The translations under genes were made by a program, and so were the position numbers. The notes beneath the pieces were generated by a model. The model saw nothing but the letters and a program-made list of their open reading frames with translations. It did not search any database and had not been told where the DNA came from. Of a stretch of 64,000 nucleotides of DNA, positions 43,201 to 58,061 are shown in pieces. Source of the stretch: Chrysomallon squamiferum (taxonomy: Eukaryota; Animalia; Mollusca); the NCBI GenBank assembly GCA_012295275.1, contig CM022676.1:4960001-5024000 (forward strand). The letters are read 5' to 3'. Every line of letters begins with the position of its first letter. Positions within the stretch are counted from its first letter, which is position 1.

Positions 43201-45226
43201 TTTCAACTTACCACACAGGTGATAGAGGGAATATTCAAGTTTCAACTTACCACGCAGGTGATAGAGGGAGTATTGAAGTTTCTATAATTTAAAACTGTGT
43301 TCAACTTACCACGCAGGTGACAGAGGGAATATTCAAGTTTCAACTTACCAAGCAGGTGATAGAGGGAATATTCAAGTTTCAACTTACCACGCAGGTGACA
43401 GAGGGAAATTCAAGTTTCAACTTACCACTCAGGTGATAGAGGGAATATTCAAGTTTCAACTTACCACGCAGGTGACAGATGGAAATATTCAAGTTTCAAC
43501 TTACCAAGCAGGTGACAGAGGGAAATATTCAAGTTTCTATATTTTAAAACTGTTCAACTAACCACGCAGGTGATAGAGGGAAATATTCTAGTTTCAACTT
43601 ACCACGCAGGTGACAGAGGGAATACTCAAGTTTCAACTTACCACGAAGGTGATAGAGGGAAATATTCTAGTTTCAACTTACCACGCAGGTGATAGAGGGA
43701 ATATTCAAGTTTCAACTTACCACGAAGGTGATAGAGGGAAATATTCTAGTTTCAACTTACCACGCAGGTGATAGAGGGAATATTCACGTTTCTGTAATTT
43801 AAAATTGTGTTCAACTTACCACGCAGGTGACAGAGGGAGTATTCAAGTTTCAACTTACCACGCAGGTGATAGAGGGAATATTCTAGTCTCAACTTACCAC
43901 GCAGGTGATAGAGGGAGTGCTCGACAAAGCTGCACAGAGGGAAATTTCACCAGTTTTAAAACTGTTCAAACCAGATAAACTTGACGTTCTTTTTCAGGGA
44001 CGACAGAGGGAATACTCAAGTTTCAACACCGGCGCTGGGGAAATATTCTGACGCCCCCTTGCCTGCTATCAGACACATAGGAAATATTCACGTTTCTGTA
44101 ATTTCCTGAGAAAAAAAACCACGCAGGTGAATATCATTTTCATTTATTTATTTATTTATTTATTTATTTATTTTAAATAATTATATGTGTGTGTTGTTTA
44201 TAAATGTGCATAAATTAGTTTATTGGTATTTGTATGTCATGTATGTATACAAATGAATAAATCCTTGAAAATATGTTTGTTTATTTATTTTTTATTTTAA
44301 ATTTATATGTGTATGTGTTTGTAAATATAGAACTTTAGATTGATTTGTAGATAAATGAATAAATAGATATATTTCTGTGTAGATAGATAGATAGATATAT
44401 ATATACATAGATCATGTAACAAAGAAAGATACCTCAAGAAAAAGTTTTATATTTCAAGATACACCTGTGTTTGTCTATGTGTGTGTTTTTATGCATCAGT
44501 TCACGTGCTACATAGATTCATACCTCAAAAAATATTCGATGCAACATCTCTGGTTCAAATTAGTCCAGCTATTTCTGTACATACTTAGATAGATCTGTAT
44601 ATATGTTTGTGTGTGTGTTTGTTCATGCATGTACGCAGAAATGAGTCCAGTTGTTTCTGTACATACTTAGATACATCTGTAGTGTGTGTGTGTGTGTGTG
44701 TGTGTTGTGTGTTTGTTGATGTATGTATGCAGACGCAAGTAACACGGATGCCCACCTCAAGAAGAAGTTCCAGGCAACATCTCGAGTGTAGGTGAGTCCA
44801 GCCTGAGTGACTTCTGTTCGAATGGAGTTGATGATGGTCGTCTGCTCCTCCTGAGTAAACAGGTGAGTGATGGAGCCAGAGACGATGAACTCGATGATGA
44901 AGACCAGAAAGTCTTCATTGAGGAGTTCGCCTTCGTGAAGCAGAAGCAGAATCTTCTCACCCTGGAAATTTAAATAATAATAATAATGACGATGATGATG
45001 ATGATGTTGATGATGATGATGATAATAATAATTTAATAATAATAATAATAATAAAAATTAATAATAAAAATAATAATAGAAATAATAATAATTTAATAAT
45101 AATAACAATAAGAAGAATCGGAAGAAGATAAAGAATAACAATAAAAACAACAGCAACAACAACAATAATAAAGATAATGATAATAACAATAACGATAATG
45201 TTAATAATAATAATAATAATGATAAA

Positions 45227-45272
<46 letters not shown>

Positions 45273-48191
45273 TTAATGATATTTACATTATATGCTAATA
45301 AAAAAAAAAAAAAAAATACCCCATAAAAACCTACACACATACACCCACCATCAAAGACTTCTAAACTCTACTAAAACATTGTTTAGAACTGATCAAACCA
45401 TTTCTGGCGGTTCCAAATACATTTACAACAAATTTTTAAACATTCACAATTATTATATTATTATCTTCTTTTTTTTCAGAAAAGATTGACCAACCTTAGT
45501 TCCTGCCCTAGTGTACCCCTGGACCAGATCGGCTTTGAACTGCTCCATCAGCATCTCCTTGTCCACTGAAGTAGGGGTGGGGCTGATCTGGTACACGATG
45601 TACCCACATAGGTGGGCTGCCAGCTTCATGATGATGGTGCATCGGCCTGGACATCCTTCTGACGTCAGCACCGTGTTGGCAACCTCGTGGGGGGAGGGGA
45701 TGGTCCTGGCAAGTCGACACACCTGCTCTATCACAGTCTGCGAGGTAAGAAATGATTTTCATGAGTGTAGCTCGATTTAAATAGACTTTTTGTGTATTTC
45801 TCTATTTAAATAGACTGCGTGTGTTTTTCTCTGTTTAAATAGACTTGTATGTTTTTTTTTTCTCTATTTGAAATACTTGCTTGAACAATTTTTGTGTGTT
45901 TCTCTATTCAGGATATATATTTAAAAAAATTTTTGTTTATTTCACTATTTGAAAATTTAATTTAAATAGACTTTTATGTATTTCTCTATTTGAAATATTT
46001 TATTTAAACAATGTTTATGTATTTCTTTAATAAAATATTGTATTTAAACAGTGTTTAGGTATTTCTCTAATATATTCTTTTAATAAAATTTTTGTAGTAA
46101 TTTCTTTTTAAATAGCTTTTATGCATTTTTCAATTAAATATTTTAAGATATCTCTATTTAAAAAGTATTTTTACAAATTTCTCTATTAAAATATTTTATA
46201 GATATTTCGATTCAGACAGCACAACTGTTATCTACTATTACAATAAAATATTTTACAAATATCTCTATTTTTGTATAATTCTCTATTAAAATACTTATAT
46301 TTAAATTTTAAATGTATTTTTCTATCAAAATATTTTATAGACATCTGGATTTAAACAGTCTAGTTTTTGTATTTTTATCCATTAAAATAAAATAAATATT
46401 TAAATATATTTATAAAATCAAAACTTTTTGCATACATTCTAATTTAAAACAGTCATTTCTGTGTAAATTCTGTTTAAAAATTACAGTTTCTGAGAACTTT
46501 CTATTTAAAACCTAGTTGTTTCTGAAAAAAATTATTTCTAATATTGTAGTTCATGACAAATTTTTATTTAAAATAACTGAGTTTCTGACAAAATATTTGT
46601 CTGTAACAAAGGCACAGTTCTGTGTTACTTTTTTTTACCTTGTACAAAGCCAGCTTTGTTGGAAACAGAGGCAGAGCTCTGTGTTATTTTTACCTTGTAC
46701 AATGCCAGCTTAATTTGAAACAGAGGCACAGCTCTGTGTTATTTTTACCTTGTACAAAGCCAGCTTTATTCTGGGTTGTATCTGAAACAAAGGCACAGTT
46801 CTGTGTTATTTTTACCTTGTACAAAGCCAGCTTTATTTGAAACAAAGGCACAGTTCTGTGTTATTTTTACCTTGTATTTTCTGTTTTATTTTTACCTTGT
46901 ACAAAGCCGGCTTAATTTGAAAGGGAGGCACAGTTCTGTGTTATTTTTACATTGTACAAAGCCAGCTTTATTTGAAACAGAGGCACAGCTCTGAGTTATT
47001 TTTTTACCTTGTACAAAGCCAGCTTTATTCTGGGATGTATCTGAAACAGAGGCACAGCTCTGTGTTACTTTTACCTTGTACAAAGCCAGCTTTATTCTGG
47101 GATGTATCTGAAACAGAGGCACAGCTCTGTGTTATTTTTTTACCTTGTACAAAGCCAGCTTTATTCTGGGGTGTATCTGAAACAGAGGCACAGCTCTGTG
47201 TTATTTTTTACCTTGTACAAAGCCAGCTTTATTCTGGGGTGTATCTTGTTGTACTCCTCCACTCCTCGCTCCAGCAGATCCTTCAGCTCAGTCAGTGACG
47301 ACACCGGCCTGTACAGATCAGTCTTCGCGTCTTCCTCGGAGACGTTGGCGCTGTGGCGGCTGTCTGTCATGCCCGCAGTGACAACGCCGCTGTCCTGTTC
47401 TATCAGATTGCTGAATGTGGCCAGCCGAGGTTTGATCAGCATTTGAATCTGCAGGAACAAACAAAAACTTTTAGTTATAAACTCATAACTGTAGTGTCTT
47501 GTTTAGATACAAAACTGAAGGAAAGTCTAATTTAGATTTCTACCAATTATATTGTTATTAGTTTTGAGTAAAAAAATTGTTTTCAATTTTAAACTGTAAT
47601 TTGTTGAAGTGAAAGACTACTTTCACTAACCAGTAATGCAATTTTAGTCACTACTCTACTAAAATGAAAAAAGTTAAAATAATTTTATTCATCCATCCAT
47701 CCATCCATCCATCCATCCATCCATTTATTTATTTATTTACTGTGTGGCACAAGAAAATGTTATCATAACATATCACCAAAACATTCTTCAATGTTGGAAG
47801 ATAAAATTAACAGAAAAATAAGTTATTTATTTATTTATCTATTTATTTATTTTCTGAGAGATATGAAGAACGACTTTAATAATACAGGAAGATAAAAACT
47901 GCAGTAATAGCAGATAGGGATTATATATTTATTATTAATTCACTGTCATCTGAGCAATGATTTTACAAATATAGGTTACATAAAAACTGCAGCAAAATGT
48001 ATTTATTTAGTTATTATTTTGTTTTCATTATTCATCTATTTATTTAGTTATTGTTTTGTTTTCATTATTTATCTATTTATTTACTTATTTATTTTTATTA
48101 TTATTATTATTATTATAATTATTAGTAGTAGTATTATTATTAGTATTATTATATTGTTTTCGTTATTTATTATATTATTTGGTTATTTATT

Positions 48192-48230
<39 letters not shown>

Positions 48231-48477
48231 TCATTGTAATTTATTTATTTATTTATTTATTTATTTACCTGCTCATCATCACTGAACTGTTTTCTCACTG
48301 CTGTCACAAATGCTTGTCGGAATCTTCGATAGTCGACGTCATTCACCATCCGACGTCCGTACAGCCAGAAGCATTCGTGTTGCCATAGCAACAGAATGTT
48401 TTTCTTTGGAGCTCCCGGTTGCAGTGACAAGCAGATGTTTCTGGAAAAGATAAATAATATAAAAAAAAAAAAAAAAA

Positions 48478-48513
<36 letters not shown>

Positions 48514-49546
48514 TGGTTAATGGTAATTTGTAAAACTCTTTCAAAATTCGTCTTTTTCGTTAGCTACCAGTCCTTTCCATCAAAATATTAGTCTTTTTTT
48601 TTGTAACTTTTGGCCTTAAAACGTTTCTTTTGTAAGAAAACCTAGACCCCTAATCTACAGTATTTAACGGTAAAGTGATCTGAATACATTGGAGAGGTTT
48701 CTGATGGTAAACACCTACACCTCTAATCTACAGTATTTAAAATAATACTGACATGAAGACATTGGAGAGATCTCTGATGGTAAAAACCAACACCTCTAAT
48801 CTACAGTATTTAACATAAAATGACCTGAAGGTATTGGAGAGATCTGTTTTCTATAATCTGATGGTAAAATGACCTGATCCTGTTTTCCAATAATCTACAG
48901 TATTTAACGTAAACTGACCTGAAGACATTCGAGAGGTCTCTGATGGTAAAAACCTACACTCCTAATCTACAGTATTTAACGTAAACTGACCTGAAGGTAT
49001 TGGAGAGATCTCTGATGGTAAAAACCAACACCTCTAATCTACAGTATTTAACGTAAACTGACCTGAAGGTATTGGAGAGATCTCTGATGGTAAAAACCAA
49101 CACCTCTAATCTACAGTATTTAACGTAAACTGACCTGAAGACATTGGCGAGGTCTCTGATGGTGAAGATGTAGTGACAGCGCTGTGACGTTGGTAGGAAC
49201 ATCGTCCGCAGTCGGTCCTGCAGTTCGACTGTAACCCCAACGATCAGAGTGATGAGGTTTTTTGTAGCTTCCTCCTCAGAGCGGAGAACCCCCAGTGACT
49301 GAATTTTAATGATTAAAAAAAATAATAATAATAATTAATTTCACAGAGAACATTAAAGAAATAATAATTGTATGTATATATTTATATAATATACCTACAC
49401 ACAGACACACAAACTGTTAAAGATAATAATATTACTGTTTTTTGTATATAATGCGCTGTATATCATGCAAGCCAGACACTTTCAAATGAAACGAAATTTT
49501 TCAATTATAATTCTTAAAATCTTAATGGCATATGAAGATTATGAAG

Positions 49547-49597
<51 letters not shown>

Positions 49598-51532
49598 TTT
49601 CTACCACTACTATTACTGTCAAGATCAGCAGCATTATTATCATTATTATTATTACTATCATCATCATCATCATCATCACTAAATGGAATTTAAATAATAT
49701 AAAATATAAAATATTCAGATTTTTGACATATTTTATTTTCTAATAATCAGAAAGAAAAATACTAACAGACAGCTTAGGATATCAATGCATCGACTCAAAT
49801 GGACTTGCATGTGACTGGACAGACAAACACACAGAAAGACAGATGAATAAACAGTCAGATACTGAGACAGACTGATAGACAAACTATCATTATCCAAAAT
49901 TTCATTTACATTACAATACTATTCTCTACAGACAGAATACCGTAACATTTTTTCACATGAATATTTATAAAACAGACAAAAACAAATCTACGCATACTAG
50001 ATTATTTACCTTTTCATCGTGGACACCAGAGTGCGCTGTAGATGTGGATTCAGGTGTGAGAAAGTGGACATGCAACAGTGTGGTGAAAATTGTCTGCAGC
50101 ACTGCGTTCCTGTGACATGTGAGTGACGATACGACATAAATATATGTGATCACATTGTGTGCATTAAACATGATATCTACATGTCCGTGAAATATAATTA
50201 TTTTCAACAGTCATGTCTTTTTGTAAAACAAAAAATTTGCGTTGCTTATTTCTTTTATTTTTAATTTTTGATGTATTTTATTTATTTTATTTTATTTATA
50301 TTTTATTTTATTTTATTTATTTATTTATTTTAAATTATTTTAATTTATTTTGTTTGTTTGTTTGTTTCAGATTATTTAAATTTATATTTTATTAATTTTA
50401 TTTTAGCTTTTATTTGATTTTATTTGATTTTACTTTATTTTTTTATTCATTTTATATTTATTTATTTAAGTTTATTTAATTTTATGTTTCAGTTTAGTGT
50501 GTTTGTTTCTTTAAATTTCTTTAAATTTATCTTTCATTAATTTTACTTTAGCTTTTATTTTTTTTTACTTTTTTATATTTATTTAAGTTTATTTAATTTC
50601 ATGTTTTAGTTTAGTTTAGTTTAATTTTTATTTATTTTATTTTTATTTATTCATTTATTTATCATTCACTTCAGTTTAGTTTTTAGTTTTTATTTATTTT
50701 ACTTTATTTATTTTATGTTTATTTCATTTCATTTCATTTATTTTACTGAATCTTTTTTAATTTTTTTATTAATACTCTTTCTTGTACACTTAATTCTTTT
50801 TCAGAATTTTTAATAACAACAAACTTTAATCCTTTACATCATTTTAAAGTAAAACATATTTACATACAGACTGATACACATACAAACTGACAGACACACA
50901 CACATATAGAAGCAAGAACATACTATAGAAAAAACAGTACAAAAAACAAATAAGAAGCATTAATACTGAAGCTGCATGTTCTATCATTGTGCTCTGACTT
51001 TTACAAGTGTAGGTGTTCAGAACAAACACACACAGATATTTTATCATAAAATGTTTTTGGAGGGATGTAAATTTAATTTAATATAATAGGTGTGTTATCT
51101 AATTTAATAGTTAATAAAAGTGAATCAGGATATTTCAGTTTTATGAATACTTAAATATATTCTTAAGACATTTTATTTTCTTATTTCTTTCTTCTTATTT
51201 TTTTTTTTTATTTTTTTTTTTTTTTTTTTAATTAGTGAAATGTGATGTTTCAAATTCATAAATATATGAAAATACTTTCTTTTTAAAAAAAAAGAAATAT
51301 AATTATTATTTTAATAAATATCAAATTAATATAATGTTATCCAAATTTTATAAATCAGAGGGACCTTATCAGAATGCAATGATGACTTTTAATGAATATA
51401 AATGCAAAACAAAAATCTATGCGTGTGTAAACTGAATTTCTTAAAATTAAAGAAAATTAAAATAACTCTTTTTGTTGCAATTTGTTGTGGTTTTCTTTTT
51501 TTGGTTTGTTTTTTACAATACCAATAAACAAA

Positions 51533-51579
<47 letters not shown>

Positions 51580-54500
51580 AAAAATAAATAAATAAATAAA
51601 TAAAATAAATAAATAAAATAAAATAAACAAATAAATAAATAAATAAATAAATAAAAATAATTTAAAAATAATAAAAAATATTAAAATTAAAATTAAAATT
51701 AAAATTAAAATTAACAACATACTCGGGATAGGGGCATCCGAAAATACAGAAATGTCTCAAGAGCCTCTGACTGAGTTTTGGCACGTTGGCAGTCACTTGT
51801 GTGTTCACTGTCGTCACGTAGGTGACGTTCTTCACGTATCTCCAGGCGTGGGAGCTGGGGCTGTAGAAGCCACCGTCGTCCAGATGTTCACGAACCAGCT
51901 CGGTAGCCGTCTGATGATTGAATCTGTCCACCTGCGATGTTAGATATAAGACTGGTTTTTAAATAATATAAAGTTAATACAAGACATATCAGATTTTAAT
52001 AAAGTCCATATAAGTTTTTTAATACAAGACATATCAGATTTTAATACAGTCCATAAAAGTTTTAAAATACAAAAGATAGGGTTTTAAATACAATCCACAC
52101 AAGTTTCTTAATACAAAAGTTACGTTTTTAAATACAAGACATATCAGGTTTTTGAATACAAGACATATCAGTTTTTAAATACAAGACATATCAGTTTTTT
52201 AATACAAGACATATCAGATTTTAATACAGTCCATATAAGTTTTAAAATACAAAAGATAGGGTTTTAAATACAAGATATATCAGTTTTTTAATACAAGACA
52301 TATCAGTTTTTAAATACAAGACATATCAGTTTTTTAATACAAAAGATAGGTTTTTAAATACAAGACATATCAGTTTTTAAGTACAAGACATATCCGTTTT
52401 TTAATACAAAACATAGGTTTTTTAATACAAGGCATATCAGTTTTTTAATACAATCCATAACAGTTTTTTAATACAAAAGATAGGTTTTTAAATACAAAAT
52501 ATATCAGTTTTTTAATACAAAAGAGAAGTTTTTAAAAAGAAAACATATCAGTTTTTTAATACAATCCATATAGGTTTTTAAATACAAGACAAATCAGTTT
52601 TTTAATACAATCCATATCAGTTTTTAAAAAAATCCATATAGGTTTTTAAATACAAGACAAATCAGTTTTTTGATACAAAAGATAGTTTTTTAAACACAGC
52701 ACATATCAGTTTTAAAATACAAGATACAGGTATTTAAATAGAAGACATAGGTTTCAAAATAGAAGTTATATAGGTTTTTAAATACAAGTTTTTAAATATG
52801 AGACATAGACGAATGATATATCAAGTATATATAGAATGGGTTGGTAAATAACAAACAAGGTGTAGATAGATAGATACATTAATAAAATTCTTACCTGAGT
52901 GTAATCAGATACAGTAATAAAATTCTTACCTGAGCAAGGTTGAGGTCATCAATGAGACACAAAAGTCGTTTGTTTCCTTTTGGTACGAACGTTCTGCTGT
53001 GTTTCCACTCCAGCCTCTCATCTATACGTTCATACAGCATGTGTGAGTTTGTGAATCTGAAATCAGAAATTGTTTTAAAATGTTAGTTTATATACCCGTT
53101 CCACTTTTATCCCTGAAATCAGAAATTCTTTTAAAATATTAGTAAATATACACTTTTATCCCGTTCCAACCTCTCATCTATACGTTCATACAGCATGTGT
53201 GAGTTTGTGAATCTGAAATCAGAAATTGTTTTAAGTGTTAGTGTGTGTGTTTGTATATATATATATTGTTTTAAATATTTGTTAAAGCTTTTTATTTATA
53301 ATTACTGCCAATCAGAAACTGTTTAAAATCAAATATATATATATATATATCGAGTAAAATCAAAACGAAGCTTTCAGACCTGTTGGTATTGATAGTGAAT
53401 GACAAAACTTAATTACACATAAACTACCAGTAAATTTTTTAATAAAAATGTTGTTTTAACCTGTTTGCGTATATTGTGAGTGACAAGACTTCAGCTACTT
53501 CTCCTGAACAAACTGTTCTGATCCTCTCGTTCACTATGGAGGTCTTGCCACACCCATTTTCACCCACAATCATCACTGGCCTCCCAGCATCAGACAACAG
53601 ACCCAGCAGATGTAGCAGTTGCTGAAGTATCAATATAAGATAGATTAGCAACTACAACAGAGACGTTTTCTGTTATTTTCATTTGTAATGTATTTCTATA
53701 ATTCAATTCAATAAGATTAGGATAGAGAATCTCATTCCTTGAACAGATAAAATTATGACCATTCTTTGCTGGAAGAACTGTAGTATAGAACATATTTCAT
53801 ATATAGATAGAAAGATGCAAAGACAGATACATTGTTAGACAGATACACAGATATATAAATTGTTACACAGACAGACAGAGAGATAGAAACACAGAAAGAC
53901 AGCTTGACAAACATATGCAGATAAAAATGGATACTGAGGTAGACCTCATACCAATACAATTAAAAGTAGGCTAAAGGAAACTGGAAAGAAATGCAGAGAG
54001 AGAGAGACAGACAGACAGACACACAGAGAGAGCAAGAGAGACAAAGATGACAGATAAAGTGAAATAAAGACAGAATGACAGCAAGAGTGAGAATGCTAGA
54101 GAGAGAGAAAGAGAATTTTTGTTTCAGTGCATACTTACAACATACATACAGATACATATATATATATATATAATATACATATACACACATATATAAAAAC
54201 AGTATGATTTGTATCTACTTACGTCTACGTGAATGGTGTGTACGAGGGCGTCAGAGGGGATGCCTTCGTGTGGGCTTCCCGTGTAGGATGGGATCATGTC
54301 CACCCAGCGACAGAACTCGTGACTTTCACTGTCCACCACGTAGTCAAATACCTGAATAATGTACAGATCAGTTAACACACCTCTCAGACAGGTAAACGTA
54401 CAGATCAGTTAACAGATTTACACACCTGACAGACAGGTAAATGTACAGATCAGCTAACAGATTTACACACCTGTCAAACAGGTAAATGTACAGATCAGTG

Positions 54501-55284
54501 GATTAATTAGGAGATTATTTCCTGACAACAGATAATGTATACATCACTTGATTAATTAATAAATTTATACCTGTCAATAGGTAATGTACAGATCAGTAGG
54601 TTAGTAAGTAGGTAGGTAGGCAAGTAATAATAAATAATTAAGTAAGTTATAGTAAACAAATAGTTATGTAACAGTAAATACGATGAAAAATAATACTAAA
54701 TAAGCTTGATAAGTAGCACTTAATAGTAAATAACTAGAAAAGTAATATTAAATAGCTGTATATGTAATAGTAAATAGATAACTTATAGTAAATAAGTATA
54801 CAGGAAAGAATTTTTCACCCATTTGCTAAAATTAATCGTTTACATATTTTACTATAAGTTTTTTGAAAATAAAGAAATAAGAAAACCATATTAAGAAATA
54901 ATTATATTCATGATTTAACAATTAGATAAACAGTAGCATATATGATTATTATCTTGATGGTCAATGGATACGAAACTTAAAATCGTCCCTAAAGATCAAC
55001 TGATTTTAAAAATGATATTATCTGATGACCCAGGAACAAATGAGTAGATAAGCAAATGGTAATCCACTCACTGTTCCATCAGCTGGGTAATCCACTAATC
55101 CTCCAAACTGCTCTCTCCACCAGGTGCTAAACGATTCCCTGTTTTCCACAGCCAGTGTTCCACCAAACGACCAGATACAGGCAAAGTTGAAATATCTCTC
55201 GTACTCCAACTCACTGAGGTCTGGGTATGGGTTCAATAGTGTCTGTAACAGTGTCAAAAAATATGTGTAAAAATGATCAGGAAA

Positions 55285-55322
<38 letters not shown>

Positions 55323-56009
55323 AACGACAGAAAGAAAAGTTTTGTTGAGTAACACACTCAACACATTTTATTAACAGTTGTATGACAATCAGACGTGATT
55401 AAGGGCCACAATGATGGTAATAAAGATGATGATATGTAATAATAATGATAAAGATGATGATAATGATGATAAATTTAAACAATTTACACATCTAATAAGG
55501 AAGAAAAAAAGAAATGCGACAGAATATGATTGTAATAATAACAAAAGCGAAAATAATAATTTGAACAAGATGAAGAAGAAAATGTTAAAAACATCAACAA
55601 CAATAATGAATATATAAAAACAATAATAATAGTAATAATAATAACAAAAATAAATAACAGCAATAAAAAAAAAATAAATAAATAAATAAATAAATAATAA
55701 TAATAATAGTATGAAGAAGAAGAAAAAAAAAACATCAAACAATAATAATAATAATAAAGAATAAAAAAATAAAAAAAACAATAACAATAATAATAAAATA
55801 AAAAAACAATAAACAACAATAATAATAGTAATAATAATAAAATAAAAACAATAACAACAATAATAAATATTAAAACATCAACAACAATAATAATAGTAAT
55901 AATAATAAAATAAAAACAATAACAACAATAATAATAAATAAATAAACACAATAATAATAATAATAATAATAATATGAAGAAGAAAAATTAAAAACATCAA
56001 CCACAATAA

Positions 56010-56040
<31 letters not shown>

Positions 56041-56052
56041 AAAAAAAATAAT

Positions 56053-56094
<42 letters not shown>

Positions 56095-58027
56095 ACACAA
56101 AAACAATAATAACATCTATTTAACATCTATCTATGTATTTAACATCTATCTATCCATCTATAAGAAATGTTCAGCATCGGCAACCTAATTTTAGGTCACA
56201 ACATGCAACAGACAGACAGACAGACATAAGAACTCACCTCCAGCAAGCTACACAGTGTTCTGACCATGTTCTCCGGTGTGTGAGAAATCATTCTCGTGTA
56301 CACCGGGTGATGGTTCTGTTTCTTGTCAAACATCGCCGGCTGCGTGCACATCGTCAGGTAGTCTATGACTTTGTTGACGTACTGGTTTGCCAGCATGTAC
56401 AGCAGCTCCATGTCGTCTCCGCGCTGCTCCAGCCACTGCACCAGCATCAGCTTCCAGCCAACGTCACTGGTGCTCATCGCCAGAACCCCAACGTTGGCGA
56501 GGAGCGATGGGCTGAGGTGTTCAAGACTTTCAATCTGAAAGGAGAGATTAAAATTGAGAATTTATTTCTGATATGAATTTATTATTATTATTATTTTTTT
56601 AATAATACCTTTTTAATGATGTCTTAATTGTTAAAAGTTGTAAATAGAATAGAATAGAAAATAATATAATATAACATAACATAACATAATATAATGTAAT
56701 ATAGTGTAATATAATATAATTATAATGTAAAATAACGTAACATAATGTGATATAACATAACATAATATAATTATAATATAACATAATGTAATATAATTAT
56801 AACATAATATAATATAATTATAACATAACATAACATAATATAAACTTTTATCTTTTAACATATATAAAATTCATTGGTGATATATCTACCTGCCTTGTAT
56901 TATAAACTCAACAACAATGTCATTAAAAAAAAATAGAAATTAATCTTTAGATCTATTTGGTTAATTATCCAAATCTATTTCCCAAATGAGCAGTGAATTT
57001 TACTACAATCTGCATGACCATACCTCCATAACAGAGAACTTCAGATACCCTACACATGCTTTCAGGCACACAGAGACAGCAATGAAATGTTTAGAATCAG
57101 CAACCCAATTTAAGTTGCACTCATGCAGTAGTCAAACGATATTGATATTATTATTATTATTACTATTTTTTTTACTATTATTATTATTATTATTATTATT
57201 AAATTTGATACTATTAAATGTTAACACTTCTTAAAATAACTATCCATCTGTCTAGCTCCTTGCACAGTTTTTAAACTGTATTTTGCTCTGATCTATCTGA
57301 ACATACCTCCCAAATAAACCTCAGAGTGTCTGGCAGAACTATCCTCTCGTTATTTGCAAGGACAATGGATCCTGTGTTGTTCAGAACATTCTCCAGAAGA
57401 ACCAACTGGTCAGGATCAGCCTGGGAAAAAAAGATAAAATAATAAATATTTTAAAGGTTTGATTTTTGTGATGATATTTCACATAAAACACACTGAATTA
57501 TATGGTGACACATATATATGATTAATGAAAAAACCCAAAATAGACTAAGAGAGAAAAATAAGAATAGTTTTTCTTGACAACTGTTTTAATTTATGATTTT
57601 ATGGATGTCATACATAAAGCATACTGGATTTTATGGAGTCATAAATATGGTTAATAAAAAAAAAAATGACACTTATAAAACAAAGAAAATATGAAATTTT
57701 ATATTTAACAGCAATTTTAATTTATGATTTTAATGATGGTGTACATAAATCATATTGAAATAGATGAAATCAAATATGCCATTAACAAAACATTTTTAAA
57801 AAAACCCTAAGAGAAGTAAATAAGAAAAGTCTTATTTAACAATAAATTTTGACTGTATAAATTTCACTGATGAAATCCAGAAATCCAAACAACTTCCAAT
57901 CCCAAGATTATAGATAAATGTCTTGGTATCAGCTTATTATATTCATGAAAAAAAACAATAACTGCCTATGTCATCCTAATACCATCATAATTTCTTTTTA
58001 ATTATACGTACTGATATTATACATATA

Positions 58028-58061
<34 letters not shown>

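Noticed and set aside
42791-43920. CRISPR-like regular array
   Set aside because: Units are head-to-tail with no unique spacers, there are no cas genes, and it sits in a eukaryotic intron.
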